Part shown: positions 1 through 11,479 of the stretch, one piece after another
Position numbering within the stretch: the stretch's first letter is position 1
How the letters are laid out: every line of letters starts with the position of its first letter
NCBI GenBank assembly: GCA_030141605.1
Contig: JAQGDQ010001130.1
Span: 1 to 60,576 of the forward strand
DNA length: 60,576 nt
From: Tubiluchus corallicola
Lineage: Eukaryota; Animalia; Priapulida
Direction of reading: 5' to 3'
Program-made: the position numbers and the translations under genes
Notes under the pieces: generated by a model
The model's input: only the letters and a program-made list of their open reading frames with translations
Databases searched by the model: none
What the model was told of the DNA's origin: nothing

Positions 1-110
1 CCTAAGTTTTTTTCCTGCATTCCTATAGGTGATAATAATTGCGGAACAGGTGCTTAGATGGTACACGCACCTTCAGTCGTTGCCATTTTCATATAATCTA
101 CTTATAGTTG

Positions 111-200
111 CTATGCAATGCTGATGGTAATGATAATAAGGACGAGGGCCATCACAATGTAGAGCGCGGGTTGAAAATACACAGCACCCCCCCCCCCTCC
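111..200 (-). CDS. Probable terminal exon of the left-hand minus-strand gene; GPI-signal-like or tail-anchor C-terminus
   Basis: Acceptor tttatattgttag, then a phase-0 frame GGGGGAVYFQPALYIVMALVLIIITISIA* (small residues followed by a hydrophobic tail). The G11 homopolymer makes the phase uncertain. Confidence 0.4.
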   Translation of the reverse strand, partial: GGGGGAVYFQPALYIVMALVLIIITISIA

Positions 201-892
201 CTAACAATATAAATGGATTTGTCCCAGCAAATGCGTATTCTAAAATTTTAAGAAAAAGCGTATCCATGACAACGCTAAACGTTAACAAAGTTTTTCGCAT
301 GGAACCCTTAGCTTTACAATAAATGGGCAAGCAGGAGTAATTCCATTAGAATTATTAGAACAAACTGAACTGTGTTCTTATCTGATGACAAGTCTCACGA
401 AAATTCAGTTTCATAATTTATATAGATGACAAAGATGACAAAATTCTTTACGTTTTTCGTCTGCATTTGAGAAGAATTTTACATTTGAGAATAATTTTAA
501 CAAATGGTGAGCACACGTTATGCAAAAGTATGCTAAAGATACGACTTTAAAATATTTAAAATTTGTAAATCTGGGTGTCGATGCATCTTTTTTTCTGTAC
601 TCACTTTCTTGTATTTATGTTGCAAGTTCGGCCATATTTGTTGCTTAAAGTTTCCACACGAGTAAGAAAGCCATTCATTCCCATCTAAAAGTGAATAAAA
701 AATAAAAAGTTTGATTCAGTTTTATTGACTGACTATATGGAAGCCAGGTTCCCACCAATCAAAGCATGACCTACTTAATGTTGATAGTTGCGACAGGACT
801 GGTACCTAGTATTTAGTATGATTAACGATGTAAGACAGGACACTGAAAAGACAGAAGTGTCATAGCCAGATTCTGATTTGTGTAGGTCATTT

Positions 893-1222
893 TAAGGTTA
901 AGGTTAAGGTTAGGGTTAGGGTTAGGGTTAGGGTTAGGGTTAGGGTTAGGGTTAGGGTTAGGGTTAGGGTTAGGGTTAGGGTTAGGGTTAGGGTTAGGGT
1001 TAGGGTTAGGGTTAGGGTTAAGGTTAAGGTTAAGGTTAAGGTTAAGGTTAAGGTTAAGGTTAAGGTTAAGGTTAAGGTTAAGGTTAAGGTTAAGGTTAAG
1101 GTTAAGGTTAAGGTTAAGGTTAAGGTTAAGGTTAAGGTTAAGGTTAAGGTTAAGGTTAAGGTTAAGGTTAAGGTTAAGGTTAAGGTTTAGGTTTAGGTTT
1201 AGGTTTAGGTTAAGCTTCAGGT

Positions 1223-1293
<71 letters not shown>

Positions 1294-1645
1294 TTCAGGT
1301 TCAGGTTCAGGTTCAGGTTCAGGTTAAGGTTAAGGTTAAGGTTAAGGTTAAGGTTAAGGTTAAGGTTAAGGTTAAGGTTAAGGTTAAGGTTAAGGTTAAG
1401 GTTAAGGTTAAGGTTAAGGTTAAGGTTAAGGTTAAGGTTAAGGTTCAGGTTCAGGTTCAGGTTCAGGTTAAGGTTTAGGTTAAGGTTTAGGTTAACGTTT
1501 AGGTTAAGGTTGAGGTTAAGGTTCAGGTTTAGGTTAAGGTTTAGGTTAACGTTTAGGTTAAGGTTGAGGTTAAGGTTCAGGTTTAGGTTAAGGTTTAGGT
1601 TAACGTTTAGGTTAAGGTTGAGGTTAAGGTTAAGTTTAAGTTTAA
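893..1645 (+). repeat. Interstitial telomere-like hexamer array: (TTAGGG)n with TTAAGG, TTTAGG, TTCAGG and CTCAGG variants
   Basis: About 18 perfect TTAGGG units (~909-1020), then blocks of variants and a 54-bp higher-order repeat near the end. Confidence 0.95.
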
Positions 1646-1915
1646 GTGTTGTTGTATGGTCAAGATCAAGATTAAGATTATGATTAAGATTTTTCTAAAC
1701 CCTAAAAGGAAATTTTGTTGTTTTGATTGGAACAAAAGGAACAAATCAAAGCAAAACTACCACACAACTTGGCACAGTTATACAATTTAGATAAACCACA
1801 GAGCTACAAAAAACCAGTACGTACACTAGTAGGATCAATAGTACTTCTTTATCTGCTATTCTTACAAAATAAGGCAGAAAATTTACGATTGCTGGGTTTT
1901 GAAAATAAAACTCAC

Positions 1916-1974
1916 CTGTCAACTGAAATTTTGAGTTTAGCACGACTTTCTCTACAAAAGCTCTGCTTCTAGAT
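1916..1974 (-). CDS. Candidate internal exon (SRSRAFVEKVVLNSKFQLT) of the left-hand gene
   Basis: ttattctag acceptor and strong CAG|GTGAGT donor. Phase 2->1, so an unidentified exon must lie between it and 3748..3915. Confidence 0.35.
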
Positions 1975-2064
1975 CTAGAATAACGTGTACTGAATTTCCA
2001 CTTTAATTTTTTCCTGGCACGACTAGGCAATTCCTCAACTGAAAAGACAATGTAAGCGTGGAAG

Positions 2065-2685
2065 CAGGGGCGGGGAACGTGGAGGGGGTCAAGGGGCCCC
2101 CGGACGCAAGGGTGAGAGGGCACAAAATTCCTCTAGAGTTCAATCTCTGTTAATTATTAATTACAGATTAACAAAACAATTAACAAAAGCTTTCAAACAA
2201 CAGCAAAATTGCCTTGTCACAGATCATCGTAGCTGACTTATATACGACATGCAGCCTAGAAAAATAGCTAATGTTGTTACTTAACAGCGTGTGCAGGTGT
2301 GACCTAGCAGATCGATAGTTTTGGGAGAAACAATGGCGCTTCTCTAAATGCCGATTGTATTACTGTGAAAACCTGTAGTGTTCTGTATCTTCATAATCTT
2401 TGCATGTTTAATTGCTGGAGCTGAATGTTTAATGACTGTTGTGTTATGGGCAACTAATATATAGAAAAGAGTTACTCTGCTGCAGTACCACCAATCAAAC
2501 TCAGGGTGATTCTTTATTCGTTTTTCTTTACCCAATCATGTCAAAAAAGCAAAGTCAGACTCAGGGACGCAAAAACGCACACAGTTTGTATAATTTCTCT
2601 CACGAAACAGATGATCAAAATATTAAAATGGTAAGGCGCCTGAAGTTTTTTCCCCTGGGCGCCACAAGCACTTGCTACCCCACTG
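2065..2685. mobile_element. hAT-type MITE
   Basis: Termini CAGGGGCGG...CTACCCCACTG; 8-bp TSD cgtggaag / catggaag (7/8 match). Confidence 0.7.
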
Positions 2686-2860
2686 CATGGAAGCTTAAGT
2701 TCAAGATGGTTAAGAAGGAATAATTGGTTTGAAGATTAGTTAGCTAAATAGTTAATTAGTTAACAAAAACTTGACATGTTGGAGTAGTTACTGAACTTTT
2801 AGGACTGAATTAATCGAAACGTATGTTCTCCTACCCCTATGTATTGGTTAGCCATTTTTT

Positions 2861-2928
2861 GTGTGGTTCAAAGATCATAGCATTGGATTCGTAATCTCAA
2901 AGTTTCTGGTTCAAATATAGGCTCAGCC
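2861..2928 (+). mobile_element. Decayed tRNA-derived SINE head
   Basis: B-box-like GGTTCAAAT at 2908; aligns with the minus-strand copy at 45845-45900. Confidence 0.4.
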
Positions 2929-3080
2929 TTACTTTTTTACATTTCTTTCAATTTGGTCAAGCTTGACTTCACGAAACCTCATTAACAAGTCACTCAGTCA
3001 GTTTGAGTGGATTTTCCAATAGAAGCGCCATCTTCGTAACCGAAATAGCAACGTGGCTACTGCCGAAAATAGCAACGTTA

Positions 3081-3468
3081 CGACGCGTTCAGACAACCGA
3101 GTTTTGTCGCCTAATTAACTCCCCAAGTAACTCGCAAGTGTGTTCAGACTAATAAGCAGAACTTGGTGCGAGTTACTTTCCAGCAGTAAGTGCGAGCTGA
3201 CACTTCATTCTTTGTTTATTACGAAAAGTGTCGAGAGTAACTCGCCAAGGTGTTCACACCATACATGTCGAGAGTAACTCGCCAAGGTGTTCACACCATA
3301 GAGTAACTAGCAGGAAATCAACTTGCAGCAACTATCGGAGAGTTTGCGGTGACTCGCAAAGCAGTTAACACTTGTGAGTTTCCTGTCAGAGAGAAAACAC
3401 AACCGTGTAACACTTGTGAACTCAGAGAGAAGACTCGCGACAAAAAATTCGCTAGTCTGAAAGCTCCT
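3081..3468. mobile_element. PIF/Harbinger-type MITE
   Basis: Imperfect ~30-bp TIRs (gcgttcagacaaccgagttttgtcgc / gcgacaaaaaattcgctagtctgaaagc) flanked by TTA on both sides. Confidence 0.65.
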
Positions 3469-3747
3469 TTAGACTAACACCACTCACGATTTGCTCTATA
3501 CTACTCGCAACTCAACCAGTCTTCAGACTAAATCAGTCAAGTCATACAAAATGCCATCACAATTAAGACTTTTTAGTGATAAAACGTCCTAGCCGGGTTC
3601 AAAATGAAACTTCCATGACTGTGCACACACCTGTCCACCAGAAGTGGGTTAGAGCTTCCAAATTTTGTCATAGATTTAAGGTCAAATTTTCTTTTTAATA
3701 GGTTTTCTGTTAGGTCTGACTTTCTTAACCCTACGCGATATGCTCAC

Positions 3748-3915
3748 CTATCTGTCCAGGTAATGCGAAGTTGATTACAGGTGCAACATTAGAAAAGAGA
3801 CTTGGGATAAGAGCAGGTATCACCCGGGGGCATTCTTCTGTCCAGGAATTGTTCCAGAGTGTTGCGAGAGTTTGACCAGGAACTCGTACATCAACCCAAA
3901 GCGTGCCGTCGTATT
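3748..3915 (-). CDS. Internal coding exon (phase 1-1, 168 nt) of an unidentified gene: YDGTLWVDVRVPGQTLATLWNNSWTEECPRVIPALIPSLFSNVAPVINFALPGQI
   Basis: Strong acceptor ttttcctttaatactttcag, donor AG|GTGAGC, only one open frame, N-glycosylation sequon NNS. Confidence 0.65.
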
Positions 3916-4837
3916 CTGAAAGTATTAAAGGAAAACAAGTCACTCAGTGCGTGAGGTTTATTTTACTGTTATTACATAAAGTTGTAAAAATATAACAAAG
4001 AAATTTACAAAGAACTGCTTATAAAGCATAAATTTAAAACATACTACCCCTGAACATGAATTTTCATGCGTGTGGTGGTTACCGCCATTCACTTGAAAAT
4101 CATGACGTATTTGGGAAACTTCGTGAGTTTCCGTAAGTGCGTTGCGGCTTTCGGTAAACGCACGCTGCTTAAACTAATTCAGACTGCTGCAGCTTATTTA
4201 ACGTTTACGCAAAAATATAACAAAATTAGTCATCCATTTTTTTGCAAAAACTTATTATACTTTTGATGAAGATTGATAGTGCGCTACTTTTCTTCAAGAC
4301 GAATGACGTCATTGGAAGAAGAATGGTCGCTGAAAATAGGAGCGCCAAATGACGAAGTGATCGCGACTTTAAAGTGATTTTACCAGTTACACGAGGCGCT
4401 TATTGCAGTTATACTGCTAAATCCTTCTAACATTTTTCGCGACTGAGCATTGAAATAAGCCTGACCTCCCAGGAAGCTCCAACCTTCCCTCTAACTCCAA
4501 GCTCCAAGCTCTAACTTTTAAACAGACAATTAGACGCATTGCCCAGCAGTGAGCAAACTTCGTAACCGTGTCAAATAAATTCATTTCGACAGTCTCATCT
4601 AAGAGAGTGCTGCCGTCTAGCGCCAAAACAAGGTAAAAAAATTGCTCTAGATTAGAAAATCCAAGTAATTGTGTCACGTGGAGAAAGCCACAAGTACAAA
4701 AGTCACCGAAAAAACTCACAGAAAAAAAGCCAGAAAAACGAAAAAACTCTAACCCTAACCCTGACCCTGATCATAACCCAAACCTTAACTTTAACCCCTA
4801 ATCCTAACCCTAACACTAAGATATTGAATCCGTATCA

Positions 4838-4970
4838 GACGGTTTAAGTCTAGTAGTAGCGCGTCCGCTTTCAGTCTAGGAGAACGTGAGTTCGATACTG
4901 CGGCCGCGTCAGACCAAAGACTTTAAAAACGGGACAGAGCCTCGCACGTGGTAATTAGGGTAAAAGTGGG
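4838..4970 (+). mobile_element. tRNA-derived SINE, 5' part
   Basis: A-box-like region, B box GAGTTCGATAC (4888), then GTCAGACCAAAGACTTTAAAAA, which from recall resembles the central domain of MetaSINE-type elements. Confidence 0.65.
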
Positions 4971-5055
4971 GCAATAATATTCTCTGTTATGTAGTTGCAG
5001 ATTGTTATTTACAGTCGGCCCAAAAGCTTTTTGGAGCTTATGTTAATTGTTCATC

Positions 5056-5056
<1 letters not shown>

Positions 5057-5099
<43 letters not shown>

Positions 5100-5112
5100 A
5101 TTATTATTATTA

Positions 5113-5201
<89 letters not shown>
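5057..5201. repeat. (ATT)n microsatellite; a second (ATT)n tract lies at 5574-5660
   Basis: Read directly from the sequence. Confidence 0.95.
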
Positions 5202-5364
5202 GTGATAGCAAGGATTTATAATTAACAAAAGAAAATTATAAAAAAAGAAAAGAAAGAAAAACAGTAAAATGAAACACTTAACAACAGTTTATAGCTGACA
5301 CTTACGCGTTGAGTCGAAATGCAAACCAATAGATTGAACCAAAAATGACTGAATCACGACTGAC

Positions 5365-5416
5365 TTAATAACAGCAACCAAGAAGAGAAAAACAAAATGA
5401 AACCGAAGCCGAACAT
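5365..5416 (-). CDS. Candidate first coding exon (signal peptide MFGFGFILFFSSWLLLL) of the left-hand gene
   Basis: GCCATG start, hydrophobic peptide, phase-1 donor A|GTCAGT compatible with exon 3748..3915, CCAAT box near 5495. A stronger GTAAGT donor at 5305 is out of frame. Confidence 0.4.
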
Positions 5417-5573
5417 GGCCGAGAACTCACTGCCCTCGAATCTACGAGAACAGGTTACACGCTCGAGAAAATTGGGCTAGAAAACTGAGCTCTGATTGGC
5501 CCACGCAATTTTATATTCAATACACTGCATTTTCACGAAGCCCGTGACGGTTTGATCCTGCGACCGGCCGCAC

Positions 5574-5657
<84 letters not shown>

Positions 5658-7446
5658 CATTATATTGAACAAAGCGTGTTTTTTTCACGTACATGTAAAG
5701 CCATCCTATATAAATAGTAAGATCAACTTTGTCAACATGTACACGTGTATTGCCAGTTAATAACTGATTTCAAATATTTTCTGTTTTATTACTTTAACTG
5801 TTTGTTGACTAACTTGAATATTTTTGTTTGATTACATGACTTTCTTACTCCGCTAAAATTGAGACCTTTTTCTGTGTTCTTTGTGATCTTACTACCGGTC
5901 CCCGTTTCGAATTTCGTTCTGTTCCATCAAAAGTATCACAGCTATCAGTTGACAGTTTGACAAGCGCCCAAACTGTAATTAGAGAGGCAGAACAAACAGA
6001 CAAACTGACTGAAATGCAGAATTCCCATTGCACGCTGACAATTAAACAGGGCGTTCGAAAAAATAGAGCAGTAGAAATATGGCAGCTATGACAGAATAAA
6101 CCTGAACTCTCCTGCATTATGAAATCATAGTGACGTAAAACTAATATTCTATTTTTTATTAATCCAATTTTCCTACCTGCGTGTAAGTGCATATGTAGGC
6201 TATACTATATACTGTTCCTTCTATATAATTTTGGACTACGCTTTGGCAGTATTTTTGTGCACTACTTTTTTTGGAACACCCAGCACAAGCACTGAAATTT
6301 CAAACATTTTATTCTGGCTTTCAGGCAACTGAATTGTAATTAATACGATTATATAGTTACATAACAATATCTCAAACTACAGTTCGCAACTTTACTCAAT
6401 CTTGCGACTTAAACATTAAATAACAGGGACATTTCAAAATAGAATACAAATCAAAATAATGAGTTTTCAAGAAAATTACCTGCTACCGACTCTCTCAGTC
6501 GAGCGAAAATTATTAGTAGAACAAAGAAATTCAGTGACATTAGCGAAGAAATCACAAACACACGTAATAAACCCAGAAGTGTGGCTCTATAGACTGTACT
6601 GCTGACATAAATGTTCTTTCGCTCTAGGAAGTGAACTTCTGAGCAAAGTAGATGACACTTCCAAAATTGCTTGAAGCAACATTTAGTATTTATAATACTG
6701 CTGTGGCAAAAGTTGGTCAAAATTTTGGCAGAAATGCTGTTAACGTCAGTTTCTGGCCACAACATGTAGGTGGCAGCACCTATGTGAACTTACCTATAAT
6801 TTTACCTGTGAAGTGGTAAATTAGGTTGAGCCTCACTAAACACGCTTACAGAAGCCTCAGTAAACGTTAAATAATGTTTAGATAAATTTTCAAGTAATTA
6901 TTTGTAGCGTCTCTACCTGATTTGCTGTAAACCAGTATGACGTTCCAAGGATGTATTAAGTTGTTATAGCCGCACGATGTGAGTAATATTTACTTTTATT
7001 GTCTTAAATTATAATAATTAGATCATTATACATTTGTAAGCAGTGAAAAGCAGTCAAATTTATTATTTTCATTTTTTATATACAGAAATAAAGATTTCTG
7101 AGAACACCATATGCAATGAAGGAAATTCTTTTGTGTTCCCGTCACAAATGAACAACATGACCGACTTTAACACTAAACAAACTTGGGCGCTAAATTTTAA
7201 AGTACGTTAACTTTTAGATTTGGCTTAATTAATAACAAAATGCACGTGCAATTGTTTAAGTGCACAATACTTTAATTAAATGAAAAATAATTCTTTTTTT
7301 TTCTTTTCTCCATTATAGTAAAATTTATGATTCAACCAGGCTAACACAAAACGCTTTCTATTTTAACTTGACTTGGTTTCACAGGATTAAATAAATTCAG
7401 GCAGGCACTATTGACGTGTAGTGAAGTTTTCAGAGTAACTCACAAG

Positions 7447-8250
7447 TGTGAACGGTTTGAGCTCTAGTGGTAACGTGTCCGCTTACCGTCTGGAAAGTCA
7501 TAAATGTGAACGGTTTGAGCTCTAGTGGTAACGTGTCCGCTTACCGTCTGGGAAGTCATAAATGTGAACGGTTTGAGCTCTAGTGGTAACGTGTCCGCTT
7601 ACCGTCTGGGAAGTCATAAATGTGAACGGTTTGAGCTCTAGTGGTAACGTGTCCGCTTACCGTCTGGAAAGTCATAAATGTGAACGGTTTGAGCTCTAGT
7701 GGTAACGTGTCCGCTTACCGTCTGGAAAGTCATAAATGTGAACGGTTTGAGCTCTAGTGGTAACGTGTCCGCTTACCATCTGGGAAGTCACAAGTGTGAA
7801 CGGTTTGAGCTCTAGTGGTAACATGTCCGCTTACCATCTGGGAAGTCGTAAATGTGAACGGTTTGAGCTCTAGTGGTAACGTGTCCGCTTACCGTCTGGA
7901 AAGTCATAAATGTGAACGGTTTGAGCTCTAGTGGTAACGTGTCCGCTTACCGTCTGGAAAGTCACAAATGTGAACGGTTTGAGCTCTAGTGGTAACGTGT
8001 CCGCTTACCGTCTGGAAAGTCACAAATGTGAACGGTTTGAGCTCTAGTGGTAACGTGTCCGCTTACCGTCTGGGAAGTCGTAAATGTGAACGGTTTGAGC
8101 TCTAGTGGTAACGTGTCTGCTTACCGTCTGGGAAGTCGTAAATGTTAGCGGTTTGAGCTCTAGTGGTAACGTGTCCGCTTACCGTCTGGGAAGTCGTAAA
8201 TGTTAGCGGTTTGAGCTCTAGTGGTAACGTGTCCGCTTACCGTCTGGAAA
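7447..8250 (+). repeat. 58-bp minisatellite, ~14 copies, derived from a tRNA-SINE head
   Basis: Unit tgtgaacggtttgagctctagtggtaacgtgtccgcttaccgtctggaaagtcataaa; period measured at 7447/7505/7563. Confidence 0.9.
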
Positions 8251-8960
8251 CTTACTGTTTTAAAGGGGAAGAAAAGGCAATTTTAAAGCATTTCCTAAAA
8301 AAACTTCCACACAAAATTATAACGCTTAGCAACATGCTTATCTACTTGAAAGACTTATGTAACTAGAACAGAAAATTCTTAGTTATTTGAAGTGTTCGGC
8401 ACCTGGTAAAGTTACTACTACGAACTCGCAAAGAAACGTATTATTAATCTTATAGACGAGATACGGAAAGTTTTACTCTTCCTTATAGTTCGCAATGAGT
8501 CTGTTATGATTATTTTTCATTATACACAATTGTAACTAAACCTATTTCAAACTATTTGCTATAAAAATTGGTAATCGCTGGAGTTTAAAATTGCAAGTTT
8601 TGTACAGTGTTACTGCTACGCAAGCTCTGTATGCAGTAGGACAGCATCTAAATCATGCTGAAATTTCAAGGCGATTTTTAAGCTTCGTTTAAGAAGAGTG
8701 ATTTTCTCCCTCAATTTAACATTTTAAAAGTGTTTTTATAATTATAATTGTAAATGTACATGTGTTTGTATTTTGATCTAATTTACGATCTAGTTGTGGA
8801 AATAAATAATAATCAAAATTCACTCGTTTCGATTTCGTGAAATTTAATTGGTTGTTTTATTTTTTGTGAATAAGAATAATGAATAATTTTATAATTACGT
8901 AGTTTCATCTAAGACGCCTAAAGGTGATAAAGTTTTTTCAATTTCTTAAAGATGATAAAG

Positions 8961-9490
8961 AAGCCACAGTAATGGTGGAATTTCAGAAGCCTTGTTCATG
9001 TTCAAGCCACAGTAATGGTGGAATTTCAGAAGCCTTGTTCATGTTCACGAGTTCATGTTCAAGCCACAGTAATGGTGGAATTTCAGAAGTCTTGTTCATG
9101 TTCACGAGTTCATGTTCAAGCCACAGTAATGGTGGAATTTCAGAAGCCTTGTTCATGTTCAAGCCACAGTAATGGTGGAATTTCAGAAGCCTTGTTCATG
9201 TTCAAGCCACAGTAATGGTGGAATTTCAGAAGCCTTGTTCATGTTCAAGCCACAGTAATGGTGGAATTTCAGAAGCCTTGTTCATGTTCACGAGTTCATG
9301 TTCAAGCCACAGTAATGGTGGAATTTCAGAAGCCTTGTTCATGTTCAAGCCACAGTAATGGTGGAATTTCAGAAGCCTTGTTCATGTTCACGAGTTCATG
9401 TTCAAGCCACAGTAATGGTGGAATTTCAGAAGTCTTGTTCATGTTCACGAGTTCATGTTCAAGCCACAGTAAGTATTGTTCATGTTCACG
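8961..9490. repeat. Minisatellite with mixed 43-bp and 57-bp units
   Basis: aagccacagtaatggtggaatttcagaagccttgttcatgttc, with or without a 14-bp acgagttcatgttc extension. Confidence 0.9.
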
Positions 9491-9623
9491 ATTGAATTAA
9501 ACTTAATAGCAGCTCCTTCTCGTCTTTCCTTGTAATACGAAAGAGGGTGTGTCTCCGTGCAACACTCCTCCCATACCTCGTCACGGCTATTTCTATACAC
9601 GTAATTCTGTGAGTCATCGTTTC

Positions 9624-9743
9624 TACTACGGCCAAATCACGTTGAAAACACCGGTTCTCGTCTGATCACCGAAGTTAAGCAACGTAGAGCCTGGTTAGTG
9701 CTTGGATGGGTGACCGCCTAGGAATACCAGGTGCTGTAGGCTT
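9624..9743 (+). rRNA. 5S: Full-length dispersed 5S rRNA copy, probably a pseudogene or the head of a 5S-derived SINE
   Basis: 120 nt matching animal 5S (CTACGGCC...GATCACCGAAGTTAAGC...GGATGGGTGACCGCC...GGTGCTGTAGGCTT). Solitary, with no oligo-T terminator. Confidence 0.9.
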
Positions 9744-9781
9744 GCGGGATGCCCACACTGTATCTCGACACTAGGCGGAGG

Positions 9782-10640
<859 letters not shown>

Positions 10641-11359
10641 CCACGAATGCCAGTTAAAAATGTAGTGTGAAAGTCATGTTTAAAGTTGTGGATCACTCAC
10701 TTTGTAGAACAAGAATAAAAATCTATACTACATATTTGCACAGAAAAGTGTTTATTAACTTCAGACACATAAGTAGAATGACTGCCGCACTGAACACTGA
10801 GAATGAGAGTGTCCTGCACTGAACACTGAGAGTTAGACAGTGACTAGAAAGCAAAACCAGTCAGTATATATAGGCAGACTTGCAAAGGCTTCACAAAAAC
10901 CATTACTTTAAAATAGGGAGAGATCCAGTGAATATGCCTTCACTGGACCGTACAATTATATTGGGGGTAAGTACCTGGTAGAGTAATAGGATTAGTTCAT
11001 AGATGGCAGCACCTAATTAAAAATGTACAATTAGAACTTCCACATGTAGTGTTCGCTTTACCACTGGTATTTATCTGTTATTTAACTTTTTCTCCACCGT
11101 CATTTTTCAATTATTTAAAATTTTTATTGACATTATTGTCGTTTAGTCTTTTTATTTTCACATCTTTCGTCACTTGTTACTTTTGTTACAGCAACGTTAT
11201 CACTAAACTTGATCAATCATCAAAAGTCAACAGCGCCACCTACGAGCAAATGTTTAGTCACTACTGTGAACTTTTGCTTTAAACCATCGCATTGCAGTAA
11301 CATGGTAGTCGCTTTAGAAAGAGCAAGAACTTAATTCGATTTTACGATTATTTTGCGTC

Positions 11360-11479
11360 CTACGTTGAGTTATCTTCGACAGAGAAGTTGGCGCCTGCCC
11401 GCGGCCAGTAAGCGCGTCGCATCGTGGTGTCATCTGGTGGTGAAGAATTGAAATAACTTGTATATAAATGAACTGGATT
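11360..11479 (-). CDS. Homeobox gene exon 5, terminal ([39 protein letters not shown])
   Basis: Strong acceptor ttttcttactatttttcag, phase 0, GC-richer coding-like island. Confidence 0.65.
   Translation of the reverse strand, partial: NPVHLYTSYFNSSPPDDTTMRRAYWPRAGANFSVEDNST

Noticed and set aside
893-1645. True chromosome end
   Set aside because: Unique sequence continues on both sides and most units are variants.
5845-6192. 115-aa minus-strand ORF with a hydrophobic stretch
   Set aside because: No recognisable motif and no phase-compatible link to neighbouring exons.
9624-9743. Functional 5S rDNA array
   Set aside because: Single copy, no terminator, unpaired 5' end.
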